Positions 59,466 to 64,000 of a stretch of 64,000 nucleotides of DNA are shown here, piece after piece. Under the pieces are notes generated by a model. That model was not told where the DNA came from. It was given only the letters and a program-made list of their open reading frames with translations, and did not search any database. The DNA comes from Minutocellus sp. GHC0000111 (Eukaryota): contig OZ361256.1 in assembly GCA_977018835.1 (NCBI GenBank), forward strand, positions 5,704,001 to 5,768,000, written 5' to 3'. The stretch's first letter is position 1, and every line of letters begins with the position of its first letter. The position numbers and the translations under genes were made by a program.

Positions 59466-62400
59466 CTAATGAGACATACTGATTTCTTCCACCATTCCGA
59501 GAACATCTTCTACCATGAGTATCGTCTTCTGGTCCTTTGGTCGACCGCCACTGCTGGTTCCAGAAGGAATCGATCCACTGTATAGCAGATCCTCCGTTTC
59601 CCAACGGCCATCTTCATTCATTTCTGCAACGATCCGTTCCATCGTTGTACGATCATGGTCTAAGAAGCTCTCAATAAAATCTCCATCGACGAAGCCTCGG
59701 CTGGGATGGTGACGCTTCTCGGCCACAAAGGCACGGAACTCAGAATGTCCAAGACCACCGACAGGTCTAATCGCTCGTGCCATGCATCTCTCGAGAGCAC
59801 AGAAGAATGCTGCAGTCGGCCCATCCAGGCCGAGGCAAGAACCGATGCTTCCAACTACGGTGCAGTACAAAGTGCGACTGCCAATGGTGACGACAGCCTT
59901 CATTGGTGTGTTCGAATTGCCGCGGCAGCCTTCTTCGCCTTCTTTGGGCTGCGCATTCCCGTGAAACCACCAGGTGAAGCATCACCCGTGGCAAGGGCGC
60001 CTCGGCTATCATACACACCATCATTAGAAGTGGTAGGGACTACCAAACTTCCGCTCATGAGCTTGTTGGCCATTTCACCGGCATTGAATTCGCCGACCGT
60101 CTCCAAGCGGCAACGGACCTCCTCAGCGGCGGCCTTGGGATTTCTCTTGAGGATGACAAAATTGCACCAATTCTCCGCCACGAGATAGACATTCTCGGTC
60201 AACATCTCGGTAGCCGTTGTCCATTGCGTATTGTAGTCTCGGGCGACTTCTTCCAGAGCCTTGTACTTGGGAAAGTATTGTACCACCGCGATTGAGCGCA
60301 TAAGGTCTCCAACAATGGCGATTTGAGATCGTTCATCATCCGACGTCGCAGGACCTGACCCGGAGTGCGGCGGCATCAAACTCTGGACGCAAAGGCTTAG
60401 GGTGTGGCCGTGATGCCCCGAACCGACCATTTTTAAGCTGCCGTCTACGACGCGGCAGTAACGTGTCTTCGAGTTTTCTGTAACCAATATGGACCCATCG
60501 TAGAACGGGCAAATGGAGTAGACGCCATGCGAACGGTCCTGTTGAGCGCGCTTGGCATCGAGCCTCCTTCGGCGGCTGCGTCGACCATGGGAGTATCGTC
60601 GCCGGCGGCATTGCCATCTCCGCTGCCACCTCCCCCACACTGAATCAACAAAACTCGTCCCTTGGTAGGTTCGTCTTCGTCGGGGTAAGCATATGCGGTG
60701 CCTATAATGATGTACGGGCGCGAAACGCGTCGTTTGGATCCGTCACCTTCACCGGCGCTGGCCTCACCCTGCCCAACGGTGAGAGTAGCGCTCACCATTG
60801 ACAAGATCATCTCGAAGGGATCCAGATCAAGCCGGTCAACCTCCTCCAGGGTGGTATCGTCAAAGAATCGCACACAATTGCCCATGTTGGATTCTCCCTG
60901 CATGATTCCACCATCTCCACCCTTGGCGGAAGGTGAATTGCCATCGATTGCTCCTACGCAGATGACCCTCCCAGCCTCGTGATAAGCAACTCTTCGTGGG
61001 GTCATACCGAGTTTGTGAGTGGTAACATGAAGCTTCTGAATATCATCAATGATGCCAAGGCGGAGTGTTGATTCGTCGGCTACACAGAGGGGATAGGTCA
61101 ATGAGGAGTCTTTCTGGTCAGACCCATTGCCGCTGCCCCCTGAAGCGGCCGAGGAGACGAGGAGGCTTGAATGGAAAGGCGCTGCGACTGTAACAGTGAG
61201 GGATTCTCTTCCAGCTCCACCGGCATTTGGGCCGCCTGTTCCTTGATCCTCTTCTTCGTCATCCGCAGAGGAGGGGTTTGATGAGAGATGGACACTTGAG
61301 TAACAAAGCTTGGGAAGGATGGTCCCGCTGCCTGCTCTAGCATTGGCACTGTTAGTGCCGGCTAGATAGACGACAGTGGGCCTATATACGATTTCTTAGA
61401 CTCTGCGGAAGCGGCAGCATCACCGGTAGTAGATGATGAGACGGCGAAGCTGACAAGCCCACCATCACCCAAGCCAACGAGGAGGACGTCGACCCCGCTC
61501 GCTTGGCTACGGGCCGATGAACCACTTGTACTGCCAGCGGATTGGCTCGGCCCGCCTCCCGAACCGAGAGTCACCATACAAAGACTTCGGGCCATCATAT
61601 GCTGACCCTTTCGCCAGTTGTTCCATTGGCACCATCGTCATCGGCACCACCGCTGCCCTCCACGTCCATTGCTGCAGAGGAAGGGTTCGCATCCTGATCA
61701 GTTCCCAGGCTGATGCGAAGGACCTCGCCTAGATCATCCAAGGACAGAAGACGCACCGTGAAGTCATCCCAAAGGCCCACGGCGACAAGATTTGATCGCT
61801 TGACGGCGGCCTGAGGAGATTTGGCAACGCCATCAACTTCCATAGATGACGCTTCCTCATTGATATCGCCAGATAGACCACCGTCAGAGCTCGACGTATG
61901 ATCAAATGCTCGAACGTCAAGGCAACTGATTTCTCGTTCCAGTGTCTGTTTGGCGACGCAATTGATCTTGAAGGCACCATCGCTGAATACCGTGTCAAGG
62001 TAGAGAACCAATCCACCGCGAAGGGCAAGGATGATTTGGCCAGCGTCGTTACCAGCTGCCAACGTGATCTCTGACTCTGGTCGGTAAATGTCGAGAAGTG
62101 AATCGCCAGCTTCTCCAGCGGCGTCGCCGCCTTCTTCGTCCATGGCAACGCTGGTGAGATTGACGAGCCGAACTTCCGAGTCGGTAACCTGGACGGCAAG
62201 CGTATCTGATCCAGACGGAGCTGCATCATCCAAGGGGATGGGGCAGATGTTTCCAGCAAACAGGGTCGAGTGGTTGGAATCGAATCCAGGGATCAGCACT
62301 TCCGCGAGGGTTGCGCCGCCCTCCTCCTCGTCATCTTCATCGTCACTCTCTTGCGATTCATCTTGGCTGACATCCTGGCTGGCACCGTCCATATCCATGC

Positions 62401-64000
62401 TGCCCTCTTCGTCATCGTCATCGTCGTCATCCTCCTCGGCAGAAACCACTCCCAAGACTCTCGTCTCACCAACATAACTCTGAACGAGGTAGGCGTCCTC
62501 GGCATCGTCACCGAATTTGGCCCGGAGGTTCCACATACCCTTGATGCCGGGCAGATGAATCGACGCCGATTCCGTCAGGCCGATGCCCGATCGGACCAAC
62601 CGGACGGTACCCGACGTCCCAACGCCAGAGGCTGTGACGACCATGCACTGCCGATGGTTCTTCCGGGCCAATGCCGTACTGCTGGCTTTGTCTTCCGAAG
62701 AGGACGAGCTCGACGAATCTTTGGGGATCACGTCAAAGTCCACAATCGGTCCGAGGTTAGTATATTCCTCGACGGTGCTGAGGTAGGTGGTGGGCTGGAC
62801 CATGGACTCGTCCACGGGAACGGCGCCGCCGCCAATGGCCACAGGCTCGTCCAGGATGCGCAGGAGGGCCGAATCGCCCATGGCACTTCCAACAAAGACC
62901 AATCCATTCGAGAGATAGGTGACCGTCGACGCCAGGGCCGGAGCCGGACCAAGTGTCTCCAAGTGGAGCGACGATACCTTGCCCGATTTGGACGAACGGA
63001 GGATGGTAAGAAGGTGGATGGAACCGTTCTCGGTCGCCAGGAGGTATCGGCCCGCGGCCACGACGGCGTCATTGCCACCACCACCGCTCTTGTTGGCTCC
63101 GCCCGAAGCCGAGCCGGCGGCATCGTCGTCCAACAGGATGGGATCGACGGCCAACACCAGAGCCTGGGCCATGGGCAACGTCTTGGCCGGTCCCTCGGCC
63201 GTATTGGCGTAGGTGATCTGCGTCTGACCAAAGATGAGGACGCCGCCCATCCCGCTGGTGCCGGAGGCGGGTGGGAAGAGGGCACCGCCACTAGCAGCAG
63301 ATGGATTGGCCGGCATCTTGGAATCGCCATCGTCGTCGTCCTCCATTTTGTCGCCGCCACCAAGGATGGCCTGGTTGGTCACACCGGCACCGGGGACCCG
63401 GGGAACATCGTACGATGCACCCGCCGTCGACGAGGGTGGTACCGGCACGACCAAGCCGCTCCCCCCGTCCACCTTGGACTTGCGCAACCGTTCGGCGTGC
63501 GGCGGTACCACCAATGCCGACTTGGGAGGTATGGCCGACGCCGTTCGGGCCTGCGGCTGTCCGGCCCTACCTGCACTACCGCCAGCACCTGCGGCACCGG
63601 CATCGCTCTGGGGCACCATGGTCCTTCTGCTCAGATCGATGCTATGCGCAATGACGTGCTGGTTGCGCTTGGCATCCTGGTGCAGCAAACACAACTGGGG
63701 CATGACACCGGCATCGGCCACGTGCAAAAAGGATAACGACAGGACGGTCCGTTCCTCGATCCGAATATTGAACGGGTTGCCCAGGAGGTTGGAGGCAGAT
63801 CCCCGCAGAGCCGAGGCGGGCATCTTCCCGCCGCCATCGGCATTCCTGCTCGAGCTGGCAGCCGCCAGACAAGCCTTGGGATCGTAATTGGGATTGAGCG
63901 GCAATATGGTGACAAATCCATCGTACAAATGCACGGCGATGCACCGTCCCATGGGATCAATGGCCGCCAGTGGGCCCGTCTCGCTCTCCCTCCCGAGGAC
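59466..64000 (-). pseudogene. DDB1: DNA damage-binding protein 1, 5' end outside the window, with at least four frame disruptions
   Basis: FNIRIEE, YLSNGLVFVGSAMGDS, YTNLGPIVDF, ASIHLPGIKGMW, EISCLD, VGLWDD, LGDG, RPTVVY, IDDIQKLH, GDLMRS, EEVARDY, GFVDGDFIESFLD. Frame changes at ~61610, ~61385, ~60530 and ~59905. Confidence 0.9.

Overview
Gene-dense eukaryotic nuclear DNA with short GT-AG introns, most likely from a diatom or related stramenopile (inferred from a bipartite 'AF' plastid-targeting presequence and the gene content). The left part (1-28.8 kb) holds eight genes, about 26 kb of coding sequence, with no frame disruption: a diflavin reductase (MTRR-like) with two flavodoxin domains, a ~2,700-aa six-exon CHD remodeller fused to five PDZ-like domains and an HMG box, an FGGY sugar kinase, CCB3, MSH4, a mitochondrial carrier, an LRR/UBR-box protein and an F-box/bromodomain/RING SNF2 ATPase. 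In the right part (28.9-64 kb), 8 of 9 recognisable host genes carry frameshifts, deletions, truncation or in-frame stops, including normally essential BOP1 and DDB1 and an AFG2-like ATPase. This part also holds a decayed DD39D Tc1/mariner transposase, a TIR element and a ~7.8-kb island between ~200-bp direct repeats. The island encodes a GPR1/FUN34/YaaH(SatP)-YrdC/Sua5-GAF fusion. All product calls come from motif recognition by eye; no database search was run.
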